Source of the DNA: the human T2T-CHM13v2.0 reference genome, Homo sapiens
Strand: one strand, 5' to 3'
NCBI RefSeq assembly: GCF_009914755.1
Contig: NC_060944.1
DNA length: 64,000 bases
The notes under the pieces: generated by a model
Databases searched by the model: none
The model's input: only the letters and a program-made list of their open reading frames with translations
Told to the model about the DNA's origin: nothing
Part shown: positions 1 through 12,065 of the stretch, piece after piece
How positions within the stretch are numbered: position 1 is the first letter of the stretch
Layout: every line of letters begins with the position of its first letter
Made by a program: the position numbers and the translations under genes

Positions 1-320
1 TATTCAGCCATAAAAAGGAATGAATTACTTATACATGCTAAAACATTGATGAACCTTCAATCCTTTACACTATATGAAAGATGCCAAACATGGAGATCAT
101 ATATTGCATGGTTTCATTTGCATGAAATGTCCAGAATAGGCAAATCAATAGACACAAAGTAGATGAGTGGTTACTAGAAACTAGGGATAGAGAGTGATGG
201 TAAGTGATAACTTCATAGGTACAGATTTCCTCTTAGGACAATAAAACATTCTAGAACTAGAGAGTGATAATGGTAATGGTTGCACATGTGAATATACTTA
301 ATATCACTGAACTGTATGTT
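1..320 (+). mobile_element. Old LINE-1 (L1MB/L1MC-type) 3' UTR fragment
   Basis: Typical L1M 3' end motifs: 'tattcagccataaaaaggaatgaa', 'gaaatgtccagaataggcaaatc', 'ggttgcacatgtgaatatacttaatatcactgaactgta'. Confidence 0.85.
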
Positions 321-1639
321 TCTCTGTTTACAAAAGCACTATGTGTTCCCTACTAAAGGTTTCAGACACACAAAAGCAGTAAGAGAAAAATGAAATGTAC
401 CTGTATTCCTTAAAATTAACTACAGTTATTTTTTAAAATTTTGATCCTTCCAGTCTGTCATGTGCATATGGGTGTGTGCACACAGTATTTATTTTCATTT
501 CTAACAAAACTGTTATTTTACAGTACATAATGCTTTATAATCTGTTTTCCCCCTTCCTATATCATGAACATTTTCCCATTGTCATTTTGTATTCTCCCAC
601 ATCACATTAAATGCCTAGATAATATTCCATCTTATGGATGTAACATAATTTATTTAGCCAATTTCTATTGTTGGATTCTAACATTTTAGAGTTGGAATAC
701 ACTACAGACATTATCGCATCCAACTTATTTCTTTCCCGAGGTTTATAGCTGTAAGCCTTAAACACATGGCACACAAAGACCATTCACATGTTGAAAACAG
801 AGTTAATTTTCCACTTTCCAGCTGGATTTGGGTGTTGTATGGGCTTTGGATTCACCATTCAGGAACCTGAAAGATGGAAATGGTGGTGGGGGGTGTGGTT
901 AGGAGGGGGAATGAGCCAGGTGTAAAATAGTGCCCAAACATCAAAATTCTATCCTGAATGGTTTTGTTTTCCTGAAAAATAGATATGGAAGACCACAAAA
1001 TAGGTTGCATTGAATCTGTTGATGACAGTTCCATCATACAAAATAGATAATGCCTCAGAGAGAAGCAAATAAGTAGCAGAGCCCATGGCAATGAATGCCT
1101 CCTGTATTGAAGCAGTACTTTGCCTTACCCACAGTTCACAGAATGAGAACATCCCATCACTTGGTCACACTGTGCTGAGCTTCCCTTTGTGTTTCCAGAG
1201 GCGTATGAGCCAGGCATGAGAAGCAGTTCTTTACTTTTTCATTTTCATTGACAGTCAGAATCAGAGAAATCAGGATATTATCCAACAATGTCTTTAGATC
1301 CAGGTGACTCATATCAGGGTGAAAGTAAATATGTTCATTCCTTGAGGTATATAAGAAACACAACACATATTTTGGATGCCTTGAAGATCAGTGAAGCTGA
1401 TATGTATGTTTCCTAAGACGTTTCTCATGATAGGTAAGTTTTTCTAGCTAAAGCCATTAGACCTTACTTGTCACCAGGTCATTTCTCTTGTGGGTGACTT
1501 CTTACTGACTCCTTCTGTTGGTTTAGTTGGGTGTAGGAGGGTGCAGATGAGGCCTCATTAAATTGGCTAGATTTAAGCTTAGGCATTAATCCAAGTTGGA
1601 TTTGTTTTAAGAAGGATCATTTCTTGACCTTTCTTCCTA

Positions 1640-2220
1640 TTACATTGAGTGGATTTTTCTTACTGAGTTATAAGAGGAGGGCATATAACTCAGGCACCAA
1701 TTATTTTCCTGTGTGTGTATATATATATATGTAAACAGGAAAATAGATATTTATTTGTGTTTAATGACTTGTGCCAGTTACAGAAGGATTTCTGTATGGC
1801 CCCAGTATGTCTTGACTAACTTGATGAGTTTACAGAATAAATATCTATTTATGTTTACTTGCAAGCAAAAGACATAGAAATAATATGTAATATATATATA
1901 ACATAAATATATATTATATGTTTATATATATATATTATTATTTCTATGTCTTTTGCTTCCCATTAGACTGTATTCATGGTACACAGAAATTTTGAAAGGT
2001 TGTTCAACTGAATGAAAGATGAAATATTTACTTCCATTATGGTTTCTAGGCTTTATGTTTTGATTAGTAAGGCCTTCCATATTCAACATTACTGTTTGTT
2101 TTTAATATTTCTTTGTATTTTATTTCTACATGTATATAGAGAGTGCCCCCTCTCCTACTTAGCTCTCTTAGCCACCCTGGATTTAGTTATTTTTTTTAAT
2201 ATGGTGTGAGGCAGGGAGAT
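1640..2220 (-). mobile_element. Degenerate old L1M fragment hosting a palindromic/templated insert
   Basis: T-rich antisense L1M-like text ('ggatttttcttactgagttataagag', 'tttttaatatggtgtgaggcaggga'), interrupted at about 1700-1960. Confidence 0.45.
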
Positions 2221-2839
2221 GAGGAATACTATTTCAAGGACACCAGCTATAAAACCTTGTTTTCCAATAACAGATGACTACTCAGAATGCATTTTCTCTC
2301 CTTGGAAATAAAACATAAAAGAAGTCCTGCTTGTTGACAGTGGTAGAAACTTCATTTTATATGAACTCCTAGTCACTGAACTCCCAACAGTCTTATTCCT
2401 AATAAAAGCTAACACAAAGCTTAGACATGTGTTTCTATAGCCCCTTGGTCACCCTTCTAAGGGAAGACATTCTAAAGTCATTCACAGGTTTATAAAATGC
2501 TTTCTCATAACTTGTGCCAGTTACAGACTAATTTCCATACGGCCCCAGTATGTCTTGACTAACTTGATGAACTTTATGGAATAAAAAGTATAGGAGATAA
2601 GGTCAAAACCCCTAAGTCCAGAAAATTCTCTAAAGAAAGACTTCTCCTTCGTGCCTGGTCCATGGAATTTGATTTATATGCAATTGGCCATGGGGAAAAA
2701 TAAAAGACCCACTGATGGGATGAAGCTTCCCAAGGGGTAGGACTTACAAGCAAGTCATGGTGCTCAAGGTTTGTAGGGAGGTTTGTGACCTAGAATCTCA
2801 GTGATCCTGGCTTCAGCCTTCTACTCTTTTGATAATTTC

Positions 2840-3183
2840 TGTATGGTTTGGCTGCGTCCCCACCCAAATCTCATCCTGAATTTTAGCTCTCATAATTCCC
2901 ATGTATCGTGGGAGGTAACTGAATCACGGGGGCGGGTTTTTCCCATGCTGTTCTCATGATAGTGAATAAGTCTCACAAGATCTGATGGTTCTAAAGAGCA
3001 GTTCCCCCGCACGTGCTCTCTTGTCTGCCGCCATGTAACACGTGACTTTACTCCTCCTTCAGCTTCTGCCATGATTGTGAGGCCTCCCCAGCCATGTGGA
3101 ATTGAGTCCATTAAGCCTCTTTCCTTTATAAATTACCTAGTCTCAGGTATTTCTTCATAGCAGTATGAAAATGAACTAATACA
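2840..3183 (+). mobile_element. THE1 (MaLR) solo LTR
   Basis: Starts 'tgtatggtttggctgcgtccccacccaaatctcatc' and ends 'gcagtatgaaaatgaactaataca'. Perfect 5-bp TSD ATTTC at 2835-2839 and 3184-3188. Confidence 0.95.
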
Positions 3184-3429
3184 ATTTCCTTGATGAAAGA
3201 GGATTTCTCCTTTGCTAGCAAAGGGAACACAGTTCAAACCAGCATCTGTCAGCTGAGATACCTTGGTCCTTCTTTGTTTACCAGACTATAGACAAGTGCA
3301 AAGAGCCTCTTCTAAATGCAGTGGAGCTAGGTAAGTTAACCAGAAGGAAGGAGAAGCACACTGAGTGATCCGGGGCACAACGACCACTGAGTTATTCCAA
3401 AAGAACAAAATGTCCTCATCGATTGAATC

Positions 3430-3900
3430 ACTTAGTCACATGAATTTCTCCCACTAGTGCATGTTGACCTTCTGGTGGAAGCATTGCCTCCCACAGAAAC
3501 TTTCTGCCCTTGTTCCCAGAGCATTTCTTCCTAGCGTAGTAGCTCGGGTAGTGTTAGCAAAAGACTAGAGGTGACTCAGTAAGGAGGGGTGGACTATCCC
3601 GCCCCACATCACATGCTGAACTGAGAAAACAGCAAAGGCCAGAGGACATTGCTGAGTGGAGGCTGCGATGCTGTATTCACATTGATCTCTGACGCAATTA
3701 ACAAATTCATAATGAACATATTCCACAAACCTCCCTCTGGAAACTTTTGGGAGCTATGCATGTTTTCTAGGAACCAGGTGAATTCAGGGAGGACTGAAGG
3801 TTTCCAGAGCCCAGTCCCCTCCAGGAGCTCACCTTGGCTTTTTCTTCTTACCCTCTTAAAATGTGTTCCTATTTAGTTCTTTAAAAACATGAGTCATGAG
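3430..3900. promoter_or_regulatory. Candidate bZIP-rich enhancer
   Basis: TE-free stretch with AP-1 sites TTAGTCA (3432), TGACTCA (3572) and TGAGTCA (3890), C/EBP-ATF-like TGACGCAAT (3690), and KLF/SP-like boxes at about 3586-3608. Motif evidence only. Confidence 0.3.
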
Positions 3901-6900
3901 CCTGCCACGCTAGTACCTGCTGGGAGATGAGAGGGGAGACTTGTTTCAGTTAGAGTCTCTCCCTTATTCTTTTGTCAGTGTCTGGCCAGATGGAAATTGT
4001 CAAATTCTGTCATAGCAGGAAGCTCTGTGACTATCCAGGGTCATGAATTATGTTTTTTTTTCCAAGCTAGAGATTGAACCATTCTCAGGTCTAGAGGTTC
4101 CTTATAGGGATGGAATTCCAGGATTTCAGAGGGCTCTTCTTATGAAAAGAAAATATTGCTCAGGCACCAGTTCACTCAAGTGTTTGTGTGTGCTGGCAAA
4201 GTAAAGATGGTTTCTTGGAATTAGGTTCAGTATCTTACACTTACTGGCACCTGAATCCCCATTTAATTGCTGTTAAAACCAGCCATAGATCTTTCTCTTT
4301 TCCAAGTTTTTGATCTCCCAGAAGTCCAAACGTACCATTAGGTGCCAAGGAACACCACACCTACTTACAGCTCTGTGGTCATCACAGAGAAAGTTAGTGG
4401 GAAAAGGGCCTGGAGCTGGCTGAAGGTGCATGCTGGCTTGAGGCTGGCACCTCTACCCTTGGGATGTTGGCATCTGACCTTGTACTTGGGAACCTCGCCA
4501 CAGAGAAGCAGATGGACCTGGGGCTGAAGCAGCCAAGAGACTCTGCTTCTGCATCCAGAGTGTTTGTGGCCAAGTGAGTCTCTAATTCACAACGTCAAAT
4601 GAGCTTGCCTTCCACAGCCTCACCTCCCTTGGTGAAGGACAGGGGCTCTGCGCCAGATATACTTCAGAATGTACAAAGTGGAGCCTCTGTCTGAGCCCCT
4701 TCCTGAGAGCTGAGTGGATGCTCTACAAGGTGTGTCAATAGCTGGCTGCACAGGTGACCTCTGCTGGGACCCTGGAGAAGTCCCTTTGGCTGACGTGGCA
4801 GGAGGTGGCTCTGGGACACAGTGACATGTCCCCTGACAGGCCTAAGTGACAGAGGGTTGCTCGTTGCCTGGGCTTCAAACCAAGCTATGCTGTTTAGCAG
4901 ACTGGAACAAAAACTAATATCAAGGGGGAGAAAAATCCGTGGAAGGGGTATTGGGTGCCAGCATGCCTTTAGCACTTCCTATCTACCAGCCTGTGAGCTA
5001 GGGTGGCCATCACAGGCTTATTGTTATGGTGTCCTTTTGATAGCTGAGACTGAAGGTTAGAGAGGTCATGACACTTGCCCCAGGTTACAATGTGAAGCCA
5101 AGGAGACAAGACCCCAGCCAAGACTATCTGAAATGAGACAAGACCCCCACTAAGGCTGTCCGACTCAGCCGTATCAGGTAAATCCTTCAGGCCTATGCTG
5201 TGAGTAGAGATGGTATTTAACACAATCTCCCAAAATCAACTAAAGATAGTGAGGAAAAAACACAAAGTCTCCCCTCCCACCTTGACTCTTGCAGCTTGAA
5301 CTCCCCTCCTCCTCGCGCCAGCAGCCTTGACCATGTGACAGCAAAACCAAGTTTGCTTTAGCAGATTCTGTCTGCTGACCTGCTGCAAAGATCTGGGGAG
5401 GAAGCTACTTTCTTTTATGCCCTGTAACTGTTTTTGGTATAAAGCCTTAGAAGATGAAGCCTATCCTGATTCATCTATTCCCCAAATATCTGTTTTTCTT
5501 CTCTCCTGGGGTCTGACCTTCTCCTCTTCTTTCTGCACAGTGTCGGCTGTCACAGATCGCAAATCTAAATGAGTCCTATAATTTCCCCAACAATGTCCAA
5601 TTGGTGAACGTGGCAGCTGAATAGGCACTGTGTACGTACTGAAAACCCATAGGCAAGCAAAAATGACAGCCGCTTTTTTACAAATGTGACTGAAACTTAC
5701 CAACTCGTCCACCCCCCCACCCTCACTGGGGGTCTTATTATTTTCACAATTACTAGTTAGATAGAAAGCAGGTGTGTATGTGTGTGTGCACGTATGTGTG
5801 TGAAGCTTCCTGGTTGCTCAGATACAAAGGGAGAACACGTTCTGTTGGTTGTTTTAAAATCTTAAAAAAATATTAGCTTTCTTGCCTTTACTCTCCAGCT
5901 TACAGCCTACAGGTGCAGGAAAACCCCAACGGTGGTCCCTACTCAGCCCTTTGTGCAAAGGGTGCAGACATTTCCTTCAAAAAGGTTAGGTGCTGATTTG
6001 CATGGGGCTTACATGTACTTAGCATATTGATTGCTCATTTCCAGCCCAAGGCTGAGCACCCAACCTCCGGCGCTGCCCCTCCCCTTCTGCCACCCACCTC
6101 ACGCCTATCTGCTGCAGGTGGGTTTTTAACTACAAATCCAACATGTATTTGGGGAGCTCCACCTTGAGGTGAGAAGCTCCTTCAGAGTGATGGTGAGTAC
6201 CTAGACCAGAAGGAATCATGTTTTAGAAAATACAGTAATAAAGTTTCAGGAAGACTCATGTTGCTATAATTTTAAAATAATTTAAAGGCCAAGATGATAT
6301 TTCTCAACATACAGAACTCAGTTTCTTTTTTTCTTTCTATCACTCTGGTGGGAAGAATAAGTTGTATACTGACCAAGTGCAAGTCACAGGGGGTAAAGCT
6401 GAGACCTCCCCTAGAATTCCTTCTTAAGATCTCACATTTCCTTCCTATTCTGAAGGATATCAGTCAGTGCACATCTGTTAAGATGACCACCAATGTCTTG
6501 TACCACTGTTCTAGGGAGGTCTGCCTTCCTCGTCTTCCTGGCTGACATTCTGTATTAGGGCCCCACATTTGCTCACACTTTTCTCCATATACACAGAGGC
6601 CACGTGGTTGCTTCATTTGTGTGTTAATTTTTTGTATATAACTGCTCCAATCTTCCTCCTGAGCTGTCCCATTTGCTTTATAAGAAAGGGGAGAAAAATT
6701 CTAGTTCATGCCAATCATCTTGGAGTTAGTCTCCTGAAATAATGTGTTTAGGATGGTAAACCTCAGTCGCAACTTTCAGATTTCTATCACCTTCCGTTCC
6801 TTTCCAAACCAAAAGATTAGGTGTAGAGGTACAGCGTGTCATGTGTTTGTGGCAGAGGAAAGCAGGAAGCTGTAGATTTACAGGGCACCTAGGGAACCTT

Positions 6901-6984
6901 CATGCGTCCCCTCCTCGGGTATCTGCAGGGACGTTCATTGTCACCCTGGTTGCTGCAAGTCACATGGTCCTACTGAGATCATAT

Positions 6985-7500
6985 TTTCATTTCTATTGCT
7001 GAGTAACAAATTGTCCCCAAACTGAGAGGCTTAAGATTATTTTTCTCACAATGTTGTGGGTCAGAAATTTGGGAAGGGCTCAACCAGTCAGTCTCTCATA
7101 TTGTTCACCCAAAATGTCAGCCAGGACTGCCATCATTTGAAAGCTCAACTGGTCAAATGTTCAGAATGACTGGCGGTCGACACTGGTCATCAGCTTGGAG
7201 TTGAACTGGGCTGGCAGCCAAAGGACTGACATGAGGTCGAATCATGGTGGATTCAGGATAGTCGAGCTCCGTGCACAGCACCTAAGACGTCAGAGAACAA
7301 ATGTCTCACCAGCAAGGAAGAAACATGTTGCCTTGTAGCACCAGGTTTCAAGAGTAACACTGCACCACTCCAGCATAACCTGTGGTTAAAAATGACCTCG
7401 AACCTGCCTGTACTCAAGAGTTAGAAAGTAACAGGGTTCTCAAAGAACATGTGTTGTGGCAGATATCATTGTGGACACATTTGGAAAATGCAGTCTGTCA
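6985..7500 (-). mobile_element. MLT1 (F/G/H-type) MaLR LTR
   Basis: 'ttctattgctgagtaacaaatt...gggtcagaaatttgggaagggctc...tttggaaaatgcagtctgtca' matches the antisense MLT1 termini. Confidence 0.75.
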
Positions 7501-7689
7501 TGGCTGACTGGGTGTTATTCTAGATCTTTCTGTGCTAACCTCTCTTTGATGAATTATTATAACCTCCATTTAACCACTAGCTTGGAATGTGGGGTCACCT
7601 TGTTCCTTGCCCCAGTTCACCCCTAATGTAGAATGTTTGCTGGATTTCAACTTAACTACTTCCTCTATTCTCCTTTAGAGACCACCATG

Positions 7690-8152
7690 GCAGACACCCA
7701 GTGGTCTCTATTCCTTCCCCTTGAGTTTTGTAGGAGCTAGGAATTTAGGAAAGGAACCCTTTGTGACTTCTGAGATGAGTCATAAAAGGTGGTAGAGCTT
7801 GGGGTGCTCCCTCTTAGAGCACAGGCTCCATCCTATGATGAGGCTGCAGTGGCCACATGAGAAGGCCCTGAGGGTGTTCTTGCTGATAGCTCCACTGCTG
7901 TCCCACCTGACAGGCAGCACCAATGGCCAGACATGCAGGAGTGAGGATGGCCGCTGATGTTTCCTGCTCCTGCTCTTGAGTTACCCTCAGGATTAAAGTC
8001 CTCAGTTGAAGCTGTAGACCTTACCAAGCAGAGATGAGCTGTTGCCCATCCTGAGTCCTGAGCCAAAGACAGTGAGAGATCAGAAAATGGTTGCTGTTGT
8101 TTAAGCCACTAAATTTAGAGATGGTTTATTATGCAGTAATAGTAACTGGAAC
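7690..8152 (+). mobile_element. MLT1 (H-like) MaLR LTR
   Basis: 3' end 'tggttgctgttgtttaagccactaaatttagagatggtttattatgcagtaatagtaactggaaca' is the MLT1 terminus. The 5' boundary is approximate. Confidence 0.75.
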
Positions 8153-8159
8153 ATCTGCT

Positions 8160-8403
8160 AACCCATTAGGATAAATACAAAGAAGGCAACATATGGACAC
8201 ATCATAATTAAACTGCCAAAAACCAAAGTCAAAGAGAAAAACATAGAAGGAGCCAGAGAAATTAACATGCTACATACAAGGAATTACAATTCAGAAAACT
8301 GATGATTTTATCTCAGAAAAAATGAAGACCAGAAGACAGGGGAAAAATATTTTTAGACTGTTGAAAACAAAACAAAAACTTTCAGCTCAGAAGTCTGAAT
8401 CCA
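8160..8403 (+). mobile_element. Old L1M ORF1 fragment
   Basis: 'gacacatcataattaaactgccaaaaaccaaagtcaaagagaaaa...tctcagaaaaaatgaagaccagaagaca' resembles the L1 ORF1 RHII-K/KEKIL region. Confidence 0.75.
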
Positions 8404-8520
8404 TTGTGGTATCAAATGATGACTTTGGAGAGAGAAAGATCTGATTAGAATCCTAGTTCTATGGCCCTATTTCCAATCCTACAATGTGGCATTAATGCAA
8501 AAAATATTATATTAATATAC

Positions 8521-9399
8521 AAAATATGACCCATGCAAGAATTTACACCTCTGAGCTCCGGTTTCCATATATTTTGTTTACAAAGAAAAAGTCCTATTGC
8601 AGCCATTTGACAGTGCCATTATGACATTCTGTAAACAGTAAACATGAAAATGCTTTGTAAACGGAACTAACACAAAGACTTAGTAGAATCTGAAACAGAC
8701 GTACTCTTGCTTTCCTTTGAGCACACATGAAAGGTATGTATACAGTAGGGAAGACTAGAGTTCTAGAGTCAGATGTGTAAGGATTAGATGGCTCTTTTTA
8801 CTACTTGCTGACTGAGATGACTTATACTGACTGATCATTCATCCTCTTTAAACTTCACTTTTTTATATCAATCAAATGGTAAAGTAGTAGAATTACCTGA
8901 GAAAGCTGTTGCAAGGATTAAATGAGATACACAAAGATACTTCACTATGCTTGGTATACAGAGTGGCTCAACAAAGAGTAGGTTTTCTACTTTAGTGAAG
9001 TATATATTAAATGTATGTATTCATCATCGATCTGGGAAATGTATAAAAATGAGGCAATAGGAGAATTCCCACTGTCCAACACTGAGCAGGTTGTTTATCT
9101 CCCTGAACCTTAGTTCCCCAGTTGTGGAAATGAATGTGAAGAGTCAGCACAGGGTGAATGTGAGGCTTGTGGAATGTATACGGCACTTGTGTGCTCAAAC
9201 AAACAAAAGCAAAAGTAAGTCTGTTTCAGATTCTACTAATTATTTGCATTGGTTCAGTTTACAAAGCATCTTCATATTTATTGTCTATAGAATGTCATAA
9301 TGGTGCTGTCAAATGGCTGCAATGGGACTTTTCTCTTCGTGAAGAAAATATATGGAAACTGGAGCTCAGAGGTGTCAATCCTTGCCTGGGTCATATTTT
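8521..9399. repeat. Inverted duplication, arms 8521-8727 and 9188-9399
   Basis: The arms are reverse complements, e.g. 'ttagtagaatctgaaacagac' vs 'gtctgtttcagattctactaa' and 'ttgcagccatttgacag' vs 'ctgtcaaatggctgcaa'. Confidence 0.95.
8750..8985 (+). mobile_element. MIR SINE
   Basis: 'ctagagtcagat...gctgttgcaaggattaaatgagata...gtggctcaacaaa' MIR core and tail. Confidence 0.7.
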
Positions 9400-9589
9400 A
9401 CCGGAACAGCTAGATGGTTACTGCCACTCTGAAGTTCTCTCTGTGTAGACCCTCCCTCTCCACTTCCCTCATGTGATTTTCTATTGTTGGGAGTGGGTTC
9501 TATTTATACCACATCCCAGTAGGTTTTAAGGTGGTATATATGGTATTCAAATTTGCAAATTTGGCCAATTGTGACATCAGAAAATGTTA

Positions 9590-9815
9590 CGGTGTAGCAC
9601 AGCCACGAGGCTTGGGTTCAAGCCCCAGGTCTACCACTTGGGTGAGTTGGGGCAAGAGGCTTAACTTCTCTACTCTCAGTTGGTTCCTCATTTGCCAAAC
9701 GAGGATAATAGCAAAGTCTAGCTCACAGTGTTATGTGAAGGATTCATGAATTAATGTGTAAAACGTGTTCAGCACAGTGGCTGGCGTGTTCTCAGTGCCA
9801 CGTGGTGGCTGTTAC
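9590..9815 (+). mobile_element. MIR SINE, followed by an L2 3' tail to about 9920
   Basis: 'ttgggttcaagccccaggtctaccactt...gttcctcatttgccaaacgaggataatag...gaaggattcatgaattaatgtgtaaa'. Confidence 0.75.
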
Positions 9816-10359
9816 TTATCTCCATGAGATTGCAAACTCCATAAAGGCAGGGATTCTTGTTCATTCTGTTCATTGCTTGGTACGTTGCGGTGTTTAATAA
9901 ATATCTGCTAAAAGTTGCTGAGTAAATTTTGTCCTTAAGTGCCTTCCATATTGCTAATAATAATAAAAAGAACAACACTAACTTCTAAAATAATTTTCAA
10001 AGTAACGTGATCAATAATACGTGATGCTGTTCTCCTGTCTCTGCCCTGAGCTCAGTTGCCCCTTTGGTGCTGGCACTACAGACCCCCACACTGCAGGATG
10101 CCCAGAACACTCATTCTGTTTTCTGTTTCTGCCTCCCCCTGCCCAGCCTGGCCTGACTGGGGAGATATCTATCTCAAGGTGTTTCCACCTGCTTCCCCTT
10201 GAAGACGTTGATTTCCTTCTCAAAGTCTCCCACTAGGATAAGCCCCCAAATCATGCTAGTTATGAATCTTACCAGAGTGGGACGGAATGATGCTTTAGGC
10301 ACAGGCAACCTTCCCCAAACCCTGCAAATCACTCAGTTCCCCTTGAGAAAGAAATGGCT

Positions 10360-10430
10360 TGATTGGTGGCATTTGTGGAAAGGGGCGGGCGGTGGGGGGC
10401 GGGGGGCGGGGGGCACAGTTATTGAGTCAC
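10360..10430. promoter_or_regulatory. CCAAT box, tandem GC boxes (G-quadruplex motif) and AP-1 site
   Basis: ATTGG at 10362; 'ggggcgggcggtggggggcggggggcggggggc' at 10382-10414; TGAGTCA at 10423. Confidence 0.4.
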
Positions 10431-11899
10431 AATGTAGAAGTGAAAACACACAATTCAAAGTCTAAAATATTTTAAAGCTTCCCTGGACTCACAGGCCTCC
10501 CTTCCACTCACAGCCTTTTGAAGTAGCTCTGTGGACTTACACCAGAGAGATGAAAAGCTGAAATCCAGCTGCCGTTCATTCCTGCTTTGAGATTAGGAAA
10601 GGTAGAGCTGAATTTGGGCTATGTTACTCAGAAGCTTTTCCCCAGCTGATGGAGGCCTGCCCTGGAGGTGCTCAGCTCCATCTCTGCTGTCCAGGCTGTG
10701 AGCAAGAACACCTAAGGAAAGCCAGCAGCCTCCTTCACTCTCCCTCCCCATCCATTCAGGTACAGGCCACAAGTCTGCAGCATCTCACTACAAAATCAGC
10801 ACAGAGGCAGTGATCACACCACGATGAAAAAAAAAAAATAGATTAAAAAGAGAGGAAAAAATCAGCTGCTAGAACAAAAGCCAAACAGAAATGTGTTCCT
10901 TAAATTATTAGTAGTGTATTAGAGGTGATTTAGCACTCACATGGCCATTCCTACAACTGCAGAGACCCTGCAACATATCTTATTCCCTTTGTAATGCGGA
11001 TGGCACTGAGATTGCTCTCATCTTCTGGGCTTATAAGCAAATATATTTAATTTGGATGTAATACAGCCAGGAGGGTGATTTCTCCAGATGGCGATTTAAG
11101 CAACAGATCAAGAGATGAATTAAGCACCTCATTCCTTCAGATTTTAGGAGATCTGCAGGTGCCAGGGATCCTGCCTCCAGCTTGGGTCCAGGGTAAATTT
11201 CGGCCAAGATGAAGCCTCTTATTGGCTGCATGAATTCTAGCCTCCTTCATTAACATGGTAATTATCCAATTAGTTAATGCTCCCTTCTTGAGTTGAGTAA
11301 GCTCCTGGGGGGTAAAGATTGCAGGTGGAATCTTGAGGCTATAATAGTGGTATTCTACTCCTTGAGGAGATGCATTTGATGGGTGTTTTTTCTACAGAAC
11401 TTGATTCAGTTTAGAATACGAATCAAGGTGAAAACAAAACAAATCTAGTAGCAATCAATAGAATTTCTCTATGGTAGATCTGAGTAATTTGAGATTAATT
11501 AGCACAAAGGAAGCTAAATCAAACCAACCAATGCTTAGTGTCTTTATGAGCAAGATCTCAAAAGGGGGCCTTTAAGGTAGTTATTAGCTGGCTGCTCAGA
11601 GACTAGCTTTAGGGGGTTTGTGTAGTTCTGCAGACAGGATTGCAAGGCCAGCTGGTATGTGCACTTTTTGGGGGAAAAGAGTCCTTATTTCTTCATCAAA
11701 TTCTTTACAGAAGAGTGCCGTGCTCCCTGCTGTCTTAGGAGTTACAGAACATTTAAAAGATGATTTGCGGACAGATTAAGGACTTCAGAAGGAGAGATGA
11801 CACCAGACCTAGGTCTTGCAGATGCAAACTCCTGTCAAGTGTGAGAGGAGGGGGAGTATTATCCACCAGTGGCAGATAGGCTGGGCATCTGGGCAGAAT

Positions 11900-12065
11900 G
11901 ATAAGAGCTGTGGCCCTGCAGCCAGTCCCTGCATTTGCACCCTGAGTTTGCCATGAGCTGTGTGACCTTAGTCAAGTTTCTCAACCTCTCTGTGCCTCAG
12001 CTTCCTTCTCTGAAAAATGGGGATCGTGTTTTGCACACAGCCCGACACACAGCAAATATTCAGTG
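11900..12065 (+). mobile_element. MIR SINE
   Basis: Core 'gctgtgtgaccttagtcaagtttctcaacctctctgtgcctcagcttccttctctgaaaaatggggat'. Confidence 0.85.
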
